64,000 bases of DNA. Origin: a virus. This document shows, piece by piece, positions 44,876 through 54,785 of the stretch. The DNA lies in the IMG/VR virus record IMGVR_UViG_3300019458_000035; one strand, 5' to 3'. Position numbers and translations under genes: made by a program. The notes below the pieces were generated by a model. The model had not been told where the DNA came from, ran no database searches, and saw only the letters and a list, made by a program, of their open reading frames with translations. Numbering within the stretch: the first letter of the stretch is position 1; the number at the start of each line of letters is the position of its first letter.

Positions 44876-45244
44876 AGCAATCTTATTGACGACGTGTTCT
44901 ACGTAGTCTTTTGACTCTTTCAAACCCCAACCATAGCTATACGGTGACCTAGCAAAGTCTGGTGGCCGAGGTGTAACAGGAATCTTGCCTTGTTGAATTA
45001 GACGTTGATTCTCGTAATACATTTCATTTCTATGTCTGCAGGTTGATAACCCTAGTTTTCCCAGGATCACAGTGAGTAGGCGAGTGTGCTTAACAAGCAG
45101 GATCTTGTTTAAGATGAGGCTATCGACGTAGTCGTTGATGCCTCTATGGCACTCTAGCCACGGTGGGGTCTTTGTGTACACTTTGGGTTGATTGAGCCTC
45201 GCGAGCGGCTTTGGCGAGTTCGTCGCACCTTTCGTTTTGCTCAT
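44843..45244 (-). CDS. hypothetical protein (133 aa)
   Basis: ORF overlapping rnh start region; uncertain. Confidence 0.3.
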   Translation of the reverse strand: MSKTKGATNSPKPLARLNQPKVYTKTPPWLECHRGINDYVDSLILNKILLVKHTRLLTVILGKLGLSTCRHRNEMYYENQRLIQQGKIPVTPRPPDFARSPYSYGWGLKESKDYVEHVVNKIALSAKARSTST

Positions 45245-45641
45245 CGCCTGTGTGACCTCTTACCCATCGGGTTGTTGCTTTGAGTTGTCCGAAGTATTTT
45301 CGGAGTTGTATGTATAGCGGGACGAGATGATACTTCCTGCATTGGTACTCACCTGTTGCGTACTTGAGGACGAGTTGTGAATCCGCAACGAGAGTAATTG
45401 TAGTCGCCTTGCTGAGCACCGGATCTGATGCGACGTCACGCAAACCCTCGATCGCCCCAGTAAGCTCTGCAACGTTGTTAGTAGCTTTAGCAAGAGATCC
45501 AGAGTTTTCTCGTTGCTTGACGCCGTCCACGAGAATGACATATGCCCATCCCCCGGGTAAGTCAGCTGTAGTCGCCGAGCCATCACTGAATATCTCCACT
45601 AAGGTAGGTGGTTGCGCTGATAAGTTTGTCGATGTTGTCAT
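45144..45641 (-). CDS. rnh: ribonuclease H (RNase HI family)
   Basis: FSDGS (Asp), NNVAELTGAIEGL (Glu), VADSQLV (Asp), GHTGDEQNERCDELA C-terminal His/Asp. Confidence 0.75.
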   Translation of the reverse strand: MTTSTNLSAQPPTLVEIFSDGSATTADLPGGWAYVILVDGVKQRENSGSLAKATNNVAELTGAIEGLRDVASDPVLSKATTITLVADSQLVLKYATGEYQCRKYHLVPLYIQLRKYFGQLKATTRWVRGHTGDEQNERCDELAKAAREAQSTQSVHKDPTVARVP

Positions 45642-46041
45642 TAAAGTAACCTAATCCTCTATTACAACCATTGCATAACAGTCCTCTTACTTGGCCTGTT
45701 TTGTGGCAATGATCAACGTGAAGTTTTACACTCTCTTTACAAATCTTACATTGACCGTTTTGATTTTTAACCATCTCGTCGTATTGGTCAACTGTAATGC
45801 CGTAGCGATCCCGAAGTTTTCTGTCTTTAAGGCTACGTGGATCTTCTTTACGCTTTGATTTGCTAGCGAGCAACCTACGTTCTCTATTTAACTTATGAAA
45901 ATGACGACCTGAGCAAGTACGAGAACAGTACTTCTTAGTTAAGCTTTTGGCTTCAAAAGAATTGCCGCATTCTTTACACGTCCCCGTTCTCACTGATCTT
46001 CTTGTCCTCGTATGGAGCGATTTGCCGTCTGTAAAGCTCAA
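45583..46041 (-). CDS. HNH homing endonuclease
   Basis: CKECGNSF...CKICKESVKLHVDHCHKTGQVRGLLCNGCNRGLG. Confidence 0.65.
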   Translation of the reverse strand: MSFTDGKSLHTRTRRSVRTGTCKECGNSFEAKSLTKKYCSRTCSGRHFHKLNRERRLLASKSKRKEDPRSLKDRKLRDRYGITVDQYDEMVKNQNGQCKICKESVKLHVDHCHKTGQVRGLLCNGCNRGLGYFNDNIDKLISATTYLSGDIQ

Positions 46042-46228
46042 GCTTTGCTCCCTCTAACGCGCCAATGGCATCATTAAAGTTTTGATATTTGGCATCGGTA
46101 CCTAGGAAGGTATGTACGAGCCTAGTGATAACATAATTCAACTCGCCAGCAGTCTTAGGTGGGGATAGAGCAGCTCCACGTAGCCAATGCTCAAAGCGAG
46201 AACGATCTTCTTGTTTAATATAGGGCAT
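45974..46228 (-). CDS. hypothetical protein (84 aa)
   Basis: ORF. Confidence 0.35.
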   Translation of the reverse strand: MPYIKQEDRSRFEHWLRGAALSPPKTAGELNYVITRLVHTFLGTDAKYQNFNDAIGALEGAKLELYRRQIAPYEDKKISENGDV

Positions 46229-46257
46229 GAAGGTCTCCTTTCCTTCTTATACTGACA

Positions 46258-46263
46258 GAGTAT
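46258..46263 (+). promoter_or_regulatory. sigma70-like -10 TATAAT
   Basis: GAGTATAAT 22 nt upstream of ATG 46285. Confidence 0.35.
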
Positions 46264-46284
46264 AATAGGCCTAGGAGTATACCT

Positions 46285-46569
46285 ATGCCTTTAATTGCGT
46301 CTGCTATGAAATCAAAGATGAAAGAAAGTATCTATAACGGTCTGAAGAAGAACTTCGGTCCCGCTGCTGCCAAAGGAGATCAGTATGATCCGGTTGCTGA
46401 TGAGCAGTGGAAGAAGATGGCAGATGCTATCTCTGAGATTGCTGCTGATATCGTCTCTGAGATCACCAGTAATGCCATGGTCGTTCCTGGTCAATCTATC
46501 GTCGGCGTTGGCGGTGGTATCCCAGGTCCCGTCTCAGGATCTACAGTTTCGCCTGGTCAAATCATGTAA
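46285..46569 (+). CDS. hypothetical protein (94 aa)
   Basis: Plus-strand ORF with -10 element. Confidence 0.35.
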   Translation: MPLIASAMKSKMKESIYNGLKKNFGPAAAKGDQYDPVADEQWKKMADAISEIAADIVSEITSNAMVVPGQSIVGVGGGIPGPVSGSTVSPGQIM

Positions 46570-46882
46570 TTTCGCGAGTCTCTGTTACTGTTAGTTTCGG
46601 AGACTTCTTCTCTTCTTCGGGGAAGATCTCAAGCTCAAACTTAACGTGTGCTGGACCTTGCATACTATTGCTTGGTCTAGTACCAGAGGTAACGAGCTTT
46701 AAAAGCGGCATCATTACTCCGTTGCCGGGATCTTCCTCGACCATCTCAACTTCAACATTGAACGTCTTAAGCTTATCGTCCTCGATATAGTTTGTTCCAG
46801 CAATGGCTGTCTTCAAGCTCTGCATTGCTTTTGTGAGCGTATATAAGCTGAAGTTCATTCTTGCTCCCAACTGTGGATCCAC
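46562..46882 (-). CDS. hypothetical protein (106 aa)
   Basis: ORF. Confidence 0.35.
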   Translation of the reverse strand: MDPQLGARMNFSLYTLTKAMQSLKTAIAGTNYIEDDKLKTFNVEVEMVEEDPGNGVMMPLLKLVTSGTRPSNSMQGPAHVKFELEIFPEEEKKSPKLTVTETREIT

Positions 46883-47271
46883 TTAAGGTCTGAATACCTT
46901 CCACCTGTTACAAACCTAATTGCTACAGAGTTCACTATATCCCTGGCTTGCTGGTGCGCTAGAATCCAGTATTTCCTCTCATTGCTAAACATATTATTGC
47001 GGATGTACTTCGCCTTACGCTCCGATAACTTTATCTTGAAAAGAACCTCGTTCACCGAGTTAGAATGGCGGATAGCTGAGACCAAGACGCGATACGCTTT
47101 CAAGTATGCTAGGCAACTCGCCTTTGACTTCAAGGTCCCGCTGACGTGGTGAGTTGTTCCGAGTAGGAGCTTTGTCATTAGCTTCCTCACATCGTTCGTC
47201 AGGCTCGAAGAGCTCGTCAAGGAATTGGTTTCTACGTGCGAGATAGTCATCCGCATCTCCCATGTAAGCAC
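46855..47271 (-). CDS. hypothetical protein (138 aa)
   Basis: ORF overlapping 47060-47716 3' end; uncertain. Confidence 0.3.
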   Translation of the reverse strand: MLTWEMRMTISHVETNSLTSSSSLTNDVRKLMTKLLLGTTHHVSGTLKSKASCLAYLKAYRVLVSAIRHSNSVNEVLFKIKLSERKAKYIRNNMFSNERKYWILAHQQARDIVNSVAIRFVTGGRYSDLKWIHSWEQE

Positions 47272-47716
47272 TCATCAGAGATATCCTCTGCTGCTTACCA
47301 TCGCCTGCGTCCATAGTGGTGTCGCAATGCTCGTTTCTTTGCAAAAGACCATGTCCGAGCTCGTGAAACATAAGTTCTTCACGAGAAGCCTCTTTCACTG
47401 AATTCCAGTATTCCCTGTCAATGACGATAACAATCTCATTAGGGCGAGTAGAACACTCCCCAACAGTATCGTTACTGTCTTTTGATCGTCCAATATTGGA
47501 TCCAAAGAGAACGGAGATGGGTCTCTCGTCTAATTCTACTTGTCTGATCTGTGCCTCTTCTTTGAAGCGTTTGACGTAAGGGATAAGAGCGGAGTCCTGA
47601 TATGTCCTAATAGTCGTATGAGGATCAATGATGTTAATCGTGGTGCAACAGGCAAACACCAACGTTATCATCGTCGTACCTATTCTCAACATCCACTGGG
47701 CGTAATTCGTCAACAT
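47060..47716 (-). CDS. secreted zinc metallopeptidase (HExxH)
   Basis: N-terminal signal/TM helix; FHELGHGL (HExxH) motif. Confidence 0.55.
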   Translation of the reverse strand: MLTNYAQWMLRIGTTMITLVFACCTTINIIDPHTTIRTYQDSALIPYVKRFKEEAQIRQVELDERPISVLFGSNIGRSKDSNDTVGECSTRPNEIVIVIDREYWNSVKEASREELMFHELGHGLLQRNEHCDTTMDAGDGKQQRISLMSAYMGDADDYLARRNQFLDELFEPDERCEEANDKAPTRNNSPRQRDLEVKGELPSILESVSRLGLSYPPF

Positions 47717-47730
47717 GAGATAATATAGTT

Positions 47731-47937
47731 ATGATTAGTTGCTCTGTATGTCATGTTGCAGTTATGGAACCTCATCAAGAGCTACAATGGTGGTTTAAAT
47801 GCCCTGTATGCGGCTATTGCTGCTTCGATGCCTCTAAACTTCACCCATCTCAGCAAGCTAATGCACTCAGGAACCCCATGCAGAAACTCCCTCACTTAAC
47901 TCCTGAAGTCCTAACACGTCGACTATACATCGACTAA
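47731..47937 (+). CDS. small Cys-rich zinc-ribbon-like protein
   Basis: CSVCHV...CPVCGYCC; AT-rich -10-like element upstream. Confidence 0.3.
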   Translation: MISCSVCHVAVMEPHQELQWWFKCPVCGYCCFDASKLHPSQQANALRNPMQKLPHLTPEVLTRRLYID

Positions 47938-47963
47938 CCACTCCTCCTTATATCGAATTAGTT

Positions 47964-48476
47964 TCAGAACGGGATCGTTATGTTAGTGGAAGCACCGCTC
48001 TCACCAACAGTGATCTTATGGGTTACACTCCTAAGGAGTGGGTTGTGAAATGATGTTGAAAACTCTTTCTTAACAGCTATCGTGTAACCAGTGGCCACCA
48101 CAAATACTACCTGATTGTGGTTTACAGGCGTGTAGTTATCTATTAAGTAGTATGCTTCCTTCTCAGCCACCTTCGCGTATACGTCAATCTCTTTATCGAG
48201 ATAAGCACCGAACATGTTGTAGTAATTAGTGATACCAATTTGCAGGAATAGAGCTTCCTGAAACTTGATAGCAGCTTCGCTATACTGCGGATTATCTGAG
48301 CGAATGATGGGCAAAGTAGCAATAGGCGGAAGAGCTCCAGCGTTTGCCACACTAGAGCTCAATACCAATACGCTACTCTTGATCCATGTCTTTAACGTCT
48401 TTGAGACCATGATTTTTCTTGCCCACCATGTTGAGCGCCTTCTCAACCGCATCATCTTTATTGTCCGCATGGACAT
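47964..48476 (-). CDS. hypothetical protein (170 aa)
   Basis: ORF. Confidence 0.4.
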   Translation of the reverse strand: MSMRTIKMMRLRRRSTWWARKIMVSKTLKTWIKSSVLVLSSSVANAGALPPIATLPIIRSDNPQYSEAAIKFQEALFLQIGITNYYNMFGAYLDKEIDVYAKVAEKEAYYLIDNYTPVNHNQVVFVVATGYTIAVKKEFSTSFHNPLLRSVTHKITVGESGASTNITIPF

Positions 48477-48491
48477 AGATGATCTTAGTGG

Positions 48492-49112
48492 TTAAGAGGA
48501 TCTGCTCTTGGAGCGTGACTTTGTACTGACGCATTTCTTACCTTTCTTCTGCAGCCTGAACACGGGAACACCCTTCGGGGACATACAGCGGGGTTTCTTT
48601 AATTCGGGTGCGTGTTCATACAGCTTCAACGGCTCTTCTGCCCCCAACAACATTTGATCTGCCTTATGCTCCAAGAGGAACGGTTTGATTTGAGCTCCTC
48701 TAATCCACTCAAACTTATGAGCGGTTTTTGTAACGGGCATAGTTACTTTTGCATAATAAGGAGCATCAGAGTAGTCAAACCCATCTGCCTTATGTATCAT
48801 CGTCACCTTAAAGAAGGTGGACGTTCCAGGGTAATAACCTCTCATCACCCAACAAGGAATTGGGCAAGTTTGGCGACGCTTATTGATAGTTCGTTTGGGT
48901 CCAAAGTTTGGCTCCACGTTTTGCATGGACTCAATCTGCTCAGCAAAGAACAAGTAAGCCTGCGTAGAACTAATTCCTTCAATAGCTAGTGTACTAAGGA
49001 CCTGATGACTAATGCGAAAATTGTAGTTATCTTTCTTTTTACCAGATTCCACTTGGTTTCTTTCCTCGGTAGAGGAAGAAGCGAACGACCACTCCGTCTT
49101 CTTTCCAGCCAC
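48492..49112 (-). CDS. hypothetical basic protein (206 aa)
   Basis: ORF. Confidence 0.4.
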   Translation of the reverse strand: MAGKKTEWSFASSSTEERNQVESGKKKDNYNFRISHQVLSTLAIEGISSTQAYLFFAEQIESMQNVEPNFGPKRTINKRRQTCPIPCWVMRGYYPGTSTFFKVTMIHKADGFDYSDAPYYAKVTMPVTKTAHKFEWIRGAQIKPFLLEHKADQMLLGAEEPLKLYEHAPELKKPRCMSPKGVPVFRLQKKGKKCVSTKSRSKSRSS

Positions 49113-49470
49113 CAGTAAATTGCGGGTTTTGTGAATCTAGCTGGTGTCTGCTAAAGTGCCACCAACTGAGTTCCATCCAGTCAAATGGTTTAATGCCAAA
49201 TTCCCAGTTCCAACCAACTAACCTGTATTGACTCATGTCAGTTTGAGAGTGGATGGTGTTGCGCCAAAACATAGAGTCGAACGCGACTAAATCCATTTTT
49301 AGGTTAGTTTCAGTCCCTGCCTGTCCGCCTGGGACATACGGAGTATCGGCGTGGAAGAATTGTTTATGCTCTAGAGTGAGATCACCAAGTTCAACGAGGT
49401 CCCATGCTTGCGCTGTTAATGGCGCTAACAATACTAGAAGAAAGGCCATTACACCAATTAATGTACGCAC
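49039..49470 (-). CDS. secreted protein (143 aa)
   Basis: Signal peptide MRTLIGVMAFLLVLLAPLTAQA. Confidence 0.4.
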   Translation of the reverse strand: MRTLIGVMAFLLVLLAPLTAQAWDLVELGDLTLEHKQFFHADTPYVPGGQAGTETNLKMDLVAFDSMFWRNTIHSQTDMSQYRLVGWNWEFGIKPFDWMELSWWHFSRHQLDSQNPQFTGGWKEDGVVVRFFLYRGKKPSGIW

Positions 49471-49556
49471 CTAAAACCTCCATGCCTGCTTTGGTACTTG
49501 TTTCTTTACTTATGATCTTTAAGGACTGCAGAACAGAAATGAACTTCAGTGCATGA

Positions 49557-49832
49557 TTACACTGTAGATTGTTGAGCTGAATCATTAGGTAATGCCTCAT
49601 CGGACATGATGAATGTGCCTTCGATATCACCGAAGTGAGCACGCGAATGTCCGTATGAGAGCATCGTTTGGATGCCAAAGTCGATCTCATCTGAGAGAAC
49701 GCCTACAGCTTCAAGAAAGGGAGCTGCTTCGTCTGCACTCCGCACAATGGTGAGCGGAGTCTTCTCCGTACGTACTGCCCACTTATAGTGGTCAATCATG
49801 TAAAGATCTCTAGACATAAGCGATTCCTCCAT
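49557..49832 (-). CDS. hypothetical protein (91 aa)
   Basis: ORF. Confidence 0.35.
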   Translation of the reverse strand: MEESLMSRDLYMIDHYKWAVRTEKTPLTIVRSADEAAPFLEAVGVLSDEIDFGIQTMLSYGHSRAHFGDIEGTFIMSDEALPNDSAQQSTV

Positions 49833-50097
49833 TTAAACGAGAATCTTTGCGCAACCAATAACTAACTAAACTGATTGCGTATGTCCTTAGTGCTTGTTCA
49901 TCTTGAGCCATTCCTTCAACTTCTTCACTCAAAGGAACATCCTTGGACAGAAAACCTTGAACTAATAGGTCAACAACTCTTACACGTCGTTCACCCCTTA
50001 GTATGGGTCCGACATTCTGTTCACCTGGTTCAAAATCGACATCATCTTCGTCAAGCACCGCTGTGATAGCTTTATAAACTGCTTCTTTTTGTGTCAT
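49810..50097 (-). CDS. hypothetical protein, short member of paralog family C
   Basis: MTQKEAVYKAITAVLDEDDVDFEPGE...YVSGLQSNW-like N-terminal half shared with 55844-56386 and 62837-63322. Confidence 0.45.
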   Translation of the reverse strand: MTQKEAVYKAITAVLDEDDVDFEPGEQNVGPILRGERRVRVVDLLVQGFLSKDVPLSEEVEGMAQDEQALRTYAISLVSYWLRKDSRLNGGIAYV

Positions 50098-50150
50098 TGA
50101 CTCTCCTAGTCAACGCGAAAAAACCCGCGCACAATATATTATACAAATCA

Positions 50151-50381
50151 TCAATCGTATGACGATTCGTCGTCGAAGCGACCAGGGTCATCCCAGTACC
50201 CGTGATAATCGCAGCGACAATCATTCTTGATTTCTGCGCAGTCTGAGCAAATTGTCCAGTCGCCCTCATTGTCTTCTATGACGTCATTTACGACTGAATT
50301 AGCAGACTTAATCCCCAACTTGGATAGAAGTTGAAGAAAGGCCACCATTGACTCGTACTGCTCTAAAGAGACAATATTCAA
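50151..50381 (-). CDS. hypothetical Cys-rich protein (76 aa)
   Basis: ORF. Confidence 0.3.
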   Translation of the reverse strand: MNIVSLEQYESMVAFLQLLSKLGIKSANSVVNDVIEDNEGDWTICSDCAEIKNDCRCDYHGYWDDPGRFDDESSYD

Positions 50382-50520
50382 TCCCAGTACTCCTCCAAGA
50401 AGAACTTAGGCTTCTTTGACTTCTTTCTCTTATAATCTTTCTCGGTCTTGTGAACTTGTTTTGGGGGAGCGACAGGAATTCGACGCTTTACTTTTTTGAG
50501 TTTCTTCTTCTTACGCACTT

Positions 50521-50778
50521 CTACCACCTAATGGTTAGGTCAGAGTATCCATCTTCTTCGCACTCTCGACACTCGACCTTGAACCCTTTATTTTGGAGTT
50601 TTGACACTAACTCCTTGGTCTTCGAGCCGGTATATTGAACCTCGAAATAGACATATCGGCGTGCCCTCTTGCCATCGATCGCTGTTTCAAGGACTTCTTT
50701 GCAAGCCTTGACAACATCACTATCGACTTCAAGTGACATATCGATCTCACTAAGGAGTCTCGCTACTTCTGCGTTCAT
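50521..50778 (-). CDS. hypothetical protein (85 aa)
   Basis: Motif ATTCTGAAACTA and RBS GAGGAGG upstream. Confidence 0.4.
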   Translation of the reverse strand: MNAEVARLLSEIDMSLEVDSDVVKACKEVLETAIDGKRARRYVYFEVQYTGSKTKELVSKLQNKGFKVECRECEEDGYSDLTIRW

Positions 50779-50815
50779 ATATCCTCCTCGGGACAGGAGA
50801 ATATAGTTTCAGAAT

Positions 50816-51055
50816 TTAGGTTTTAGGTTTGAAAAGTAGTTCGCTGAGAGTGGCACCAATAGCTGCGCCAACAACGCACCCCATGTTGAGAGGGAAACCC
50901 ATGATTGTGAGAACCACGGCCGCAAGCGTCAAACCAACTACAAAACTAACAAGTAAACGAGCCAACATGCTATTCCTCTTTCTTCTTGCGAGAACGTTTA
51001 GGTTTTTCTGCAGTTGCAGATAGTTTGGCCACTTCATCGGGCGAACCCATGACAA
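50816..51055 (-). CDS. small membrane protein (79 aa)
   Basis: Two TM helices. Confidence 0.3.
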   Translation of the reverse strand: MSWVRPMKWPNYLQLQKNLNVLARRKRNSMLARLLVSFVVGLTLAAVVLTIMGFPLNMGCVVGAAIGATLSELLFKPKT

Positions 51056-51254
51056 CTAGGGTTTTTCCGTTGTGTCCGTGAATAGCTTCAACGTCGGAGA
51101 GGTTCTGGTAGATACAGAGGGAGGTGTGGAAGGTTTGCCATTCGAGCACGACCTTGCCGCTAGGAAACACAGTGCCGCGAGCAACAACACCAGTTCCGGA
51201 TATTCCGCTTTCATCTTCGATCCTTTTTAAAAAGAACTCTTTAAACTTGTCCAT
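50970..51254 (-). CDS. hypothetical protein (94 aa)
   Basis: ORF; overlaps 50816-51055 by 86 nt in other frame. Confidence 0.3.
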   Translation of the reverse strand: MDKFKEFFLKRIEDESGISGTGVVARGTVFPSGKVVLEWQTFHTSLCIYQNLSDVEAIHGHNGKTLVVMGSPDEVAKLSATAEKPKRSRKKKEE

Positions 51255-51258
51255 AAGT

Positions 51259-51651
51259 CTACTTCCTTAGATAGGCTATTGCTTTTTCCAGCAACACTGG
51301 ATTGTCTTTCAGAAGACCAATACCTGTATTACAAGCTCTACACAATAAGCCTCTAATTTTTTGAGTTAGATGGCAATGATCAACATGTAATTTATCAGGT
51401 TTCTCTAAACAAATACCACATAATGAGTTTTGGTCTTGTTTAAGTTTTTCAAAGTTTTCAATAGACATGCCTTGATATCGCTTTAATAGCTGTTTGCGGT
51501 TAGTCAAGGTTATTGCTGCTTTATTAGCCTTTCTGTAAAGACGCTGATTTTCAGCAGCACACGGTCTACACCATGCATAATAAAGACCATTCTTCATTTG
51601 TCGAAAATTGTCAAGTGATTTTTCTTCTTTACATCTTGGACACAATTTCAT
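51259..51651 (-). CDS. HNH homing endonuclease
   Basis: CPRCK...CGICLE...HVDHCHLTQKIRGLLCRACNTGIG. Confidence 0.65.
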   Translation of the reverse strand: MKLCPRCKEEKSLDNFRQMKNGLYYAWCRPCAAENQRLYRKANKAAITLTNRKQLLKRYQGMSIENFEKLKQDQNSLCGICLEKPDKLHVDHCHLTQKIRGLLCRACNTGIGLLKDNPVLLEKAIAYLRK

Positions 51652-51836
51652 CTTATGAATATACTAAGATGGAATTTTAAGTGGTTTCTTAATCACCCAT
51701 TGAACGCCTAATTCCGACGGAACACGAAACCAGTCAGCATAAATTGCCCAAAGTTTGGACTTAATTCTAGCGGTCCAATAATATTTAGCGGATCCAGAGT
51801 AATAAACACGAAGAGCACCAGCAAAACCAAAAGATC

Positions 51837-52271
51837 TTACTTCCCATTGCCACATCGCGTCCACTCCTTGACTGTGATATTTGATGAATCACAAAGATTG
51901 CAATGATCTGCTTGGTAAAGTTTTACAATTAGTTGAATCTTACAGTCATTGCACTTGCAATGCATGAGTTGACTCATGTATTCGTTGTGCTTCTCTTTAT
52001 TAGCGGCTTGACGAGCTTCTAAGCGACTGAAGTCATTCAGTCTTTCGACTGCCTTCTTGGAACGTTCGACTCTCTTGCGCAATTCTTTCTTATTGAGTTT
52101 CTTCATCGGATAGCATCCTATGTACGGCTTGGTTAGCAACATAAAGATCATGTTGTTTCTCAATGAAGTCTCGACCATGGAAGGGTACGGTTTAAAGCAT
52201 CTTGCCGCGACCTTGCAAACCTCTGATGTACCCATTGTCGTAGAGTACATATACTCCACATTCCCATGCAA
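51837..52271 (-). CDS. hypothetical Cys-rich protein (144 aa)
   Basis: ORF. Confidence 0.35.
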   Translation of the reverse strand: MHGNVEYMYSTTMGTSEVCKVAARCFKPYPSMVETSLRNNMIFMLLTKPYIGCYPMKKLNKKELRKRVERSKKAVERLNDFSRLEARQAANKEKHNEYMSQLMHCKCNDCKIQLIVKLYQADHCNLCDSSNITVKEWTRCGNGK

Positions 52272-52689
52272 GCTTACGAACCCTGTCGTTTGTTTCTTTA
52301 GTGAAGAGAGCGGTTTCGAACTTAAGTTTAGCGTATTCTGCTCTCCACTTAAGGACCATCATGTTCACTTCACGATAACCTGCTTTAGCCCACTTCTTAG
52401 GAACCCGATGGTGGTTATGTCCGCACCAACTAACAGTGCGAGTAATAGAGTCATCAAGCTCTCGCCGGCAACGCTCAAACTCTGCAACGGGCATATTCTT
52501 TGCCCACTTCATGGTGTTCTTGCGATTGCGAATTTCAGGGGTATCTAGGTTGTGAATCTCCATGTTGGTCTTAATACGCTTATAGTAGTTCGCTTTACTA
52601 GTAGCGGACATGCGACGACCATTAAGGAGGTTTCTGCGGTGAAGGATATGATAGAGTTCTTGGAGTTGCTCAAAGGTTTCAGGTTTCAC
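52192..52689 (-). CDS. hypothetical protein (165 aa)
   Basis: ORF. Confidence 0.4.
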   Translation of the reverse strand: MKPETFEQLQELYHILHRRNLLNGRRMSATSKANYYKRIKTNMEIHNLDTPEIRNRKNTMKWAKNMPVAEFERCRRELDDSITRTVSWCGHNHHRVPKKWAKAGYREVNMMVLKWRAEYAKLKFETALFTKETNDRVRKLAWECGVYVLYDNGYIRGLQGRGKML

Positions 52690-52842
52690 CTATACCTCCT
52701 TCTATTCTTATCATTTGCTCAATAAGTCGCGCTGCTTCTTTTTTTAGTTCTTCACGAGGTGCTGGAGTGGGTTTGCCATCTTGGATATAAAGTTCAACTA
52801 AAACTGCAGTTAAGCGCTCAATTCTTAACCACTTAGTTGACA

Positions 52843-53055
52843 TTACTTGATACCGAACTTTGCCTTGAGTGCAGCGGGAAGAGCCGCGGTATTCACCACA
52901 GTCTCGACAACCACGGTCGTTTCAGGTTCGCCATAGAACGAACGAGGATAACGCTTGACTGCTTCGCGAGTAGGGCACTTTTTCACTTTGCCACCGTTGG
53001 CCAGAAACGCTTGGGTATTTTGGGTCAACTGCTCACGAGTCTTTGCCTTGTTCAT
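52843..53055 (-). CDS. hypothetical protein (70 aa)
   Basis: ORF. Confidence 0.3.
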   Translation of the reverse strand: MNKAKTREQLTQNTQAFLANGGKVKKCPTREAVKRYPRSFYGEPETTVVVETVVNTAALPAALKAKFGIK

Positions 53056-53090
53056 ATCATTCTCCTTATAGTGAATAATAGGATCGGGAT

Positions 53091-53459
53091 TTAGTCGCTG
53101 ATGCCGAGTTGTGTGTCCAGTCGTTCGTCAAATATCTGACGCGCAAGGGTGTCTAAGCCACCCCTATACTCTTGTTTAGAGTCTTTGTAGTTATCGGGAT
53201 TAGCCACGATCTCTAGGCGCTGATTGGTGAGAGACTTAAACCAGTCACCTACATGACCTTCTTTGCCGTTACGTGCTTGTGTGTTGCAATAGATAATCCA
53301 TACAGTCTGCCAAAGATAGTTGCAAGCATCTTGCATCCTACCCTCAGCGACCATACGATTGAAATGCTGCTTGCGCTGTTTAGCGTTCATCGGAGTTAAC
53401 TGCACCGTTGCCAGACTCCCATTGATCCAGCTCTTCTTCGATCCACATGCTAGCGTCAC
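53091..53459 (-). CDS. hypothetical protein (122 aa)
   Basis: ORF. Confidence 0.4.
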   Translation of the reverse strand: MTLACGSKKSWINGSLATVQLTPMNAKQRKQHFNRMVAEGRMQDACNYLWQTVWIIYCNTQARNGKEGHVGDWFKSLTNQRLEIVANPDNYKDSKQEYRGGLDTLARQIFDERLDTQLGISD

Positions 53460-53610
53460 GAGCGTTGCGAAGCTTCTCGTTCTCTTTAACGATATCGAAG
53501 TTTGGACGACCTGGTTCCTTCTTCAGGATAACAGCGGTAACTCCACCACTTACGTTCTTGATGATTTGTCCGTCATACCTATAGGTCTTCTTCATCACGC
53601 AACCCTCCAT
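53380..53610 (-). CDS. hypothetical protein (76 aa)
   Basis: ORF; 17-nt repeat 33 nt upstream. Confidence 0.3.
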   Translation of the reverse strand: MEGCVMKKTYRYDGQIIKNVSGGVTAVILKKEPGRPNFDIVKENEKLRNARDASMWIEEELDQWESGNGAVNSDER

Positions 53611-53642
53611 AGATAGATAGTATCGGTACTGAGTGGGGTGCG

Positions 53643-53659
53643 GGCGTAGCAGTGTCAGT
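53643..53659. repeat. 17-nt exact repeat GGCGTAGCAGTGTCAGT, copy 1, G-rich flanks
   Basis: Identical 17-mer at 62737-62753 and 63439-63455; all intergenic. Confidence 0.8.
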
Positions 53660-53884
53660 AGGGCCGGTGGGCAGATGCTGCTCGCATGCGGATGCAGTAG
53701 TCTCGGCGAGTTGTGTGAGATTCGAGATGAGCGGTCTTGAAGCCAAGACGCTCTAAGACGAGAATGAATTTATAAAGGGCGATATAGCGTTCGCGCACTC
53801 CATCTATTGCCATTAGTGGATTATACAAATAGAAACGGGAGCGATACGCTGGTCGCTCCCGTACTCATGATACCACCGCTGGTA

Positions 53885-54127
53885 TTACGTGAATTCTTCT
53901 TGACGATGCAGCTGAGGATGACTGCAACGAGGACAGATGGTCCAAGAGTCGCGAGCGAGTTGCTCGAACTGACGTTCGCAGCGACCAGTCTCTTTACCTT
54001 CCTTATCTCGGAAGATAGTGACACAAGTTGAGACCTTCACTGGTGCGGTTCCAGGCGAGAGGACTCCGCGAGCAATAAGACTCTGACGAATAGATTCACC
54101 CTTCGAAACCTGCTTAGTGACGTTCAT
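53885..54127 (-). CDS. small zinc-ribbon protein (80 aa)
   Basis: CERQ...CPRCSH. Confidence 0.35.
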   Translation of the reverse strand: MNVTKQVSKGESIRQSLIARGVLSPGTAPVKVSTCVTIFRDKEGKETGRCERQFEQLARDSWTICPRCSHPQLHRQEEFT

Positions 54128-54135
54128 TGTCCCTC

Positions 54136-54435
54136 CTAAGGACGTTTGTCTTCGTTAGCTCTCCACTCAAGAAATCGCAACATTACGATGTCTTGAATAG
54201 AGATTGTTTCAGACACTTCTGGTCTCTTTGCTGCGACATAAAGCGCAGTGATAAGGATTGAGAGTACTAACCCGAGGAATAAAGCCGCTCCAAGGTTATA
54301 TACCCAAAAAGGGTGAACTTTAAAAAATAGGTAGGATACCACGGTTAGTGCTATCCAGCTAATCCACAGTACCCTACCTGCTTTAGTCACGACACAACTC
54401 CTGAAGTTCTTTAAGTAATTCTTGCAATTGTCCAT
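54136..54435 (-). CDS. membrane protein (99 aa)
   Basis: Two TM helices. Confidence 0.35.
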   Translation of the reverse strand: MDNCKNYLKNFRSCVVTKAGRVLWISWIALTVVSYLFFKVHPFWVYNLGAALFLGLVLSILITALYVAAKRPEVSETISIQDIVMLRFLEWRANEDKRP

Positions 54436-54584
54436 GCATGGTGCTTAAGCGTTTTAGGTTTGCCTTGAGTGACTCCGTTGGAGTCTTTGGACCTTGCTGA
54501 ACCACTACAGGAGCGGACTCTTTGCCCTTGTACACTCGGTACAAGTTTGAATACAGAAACACTGCGAGTGATCGCGCTTTGCGC

Positions 54585-54785
54585 TCACGACACCTTGCCG
54601 GCGAGTTGGTCGGCGACTTCGCGACACACGAGTGCTTCGCGAACGATCTCCGTTCCTCGACCGATCTCCTTGTCCTTGTTATCCCGAGTCTTCACCGTGT
54701 AAATACGTTCCCGAGTTTCGAGAACGACACGAACCGGCTTTTCACCCGGAACAGACACCCGACCAGAAAGTTCACACTTGAACAT
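54585..54785 (-). CDS. hypothetical protein (66 aa)
   Basis: Motif TTCTGAAACTA 25 nt upstream, RBS AAGAGG. Confidence 0.35.
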   Translation of the reverse strand: MFKCELSGRVSVPGEKPVRVVLETRERIYTVKTRDNKDKEIGRGTEIVREALVCREVADQLAGKVS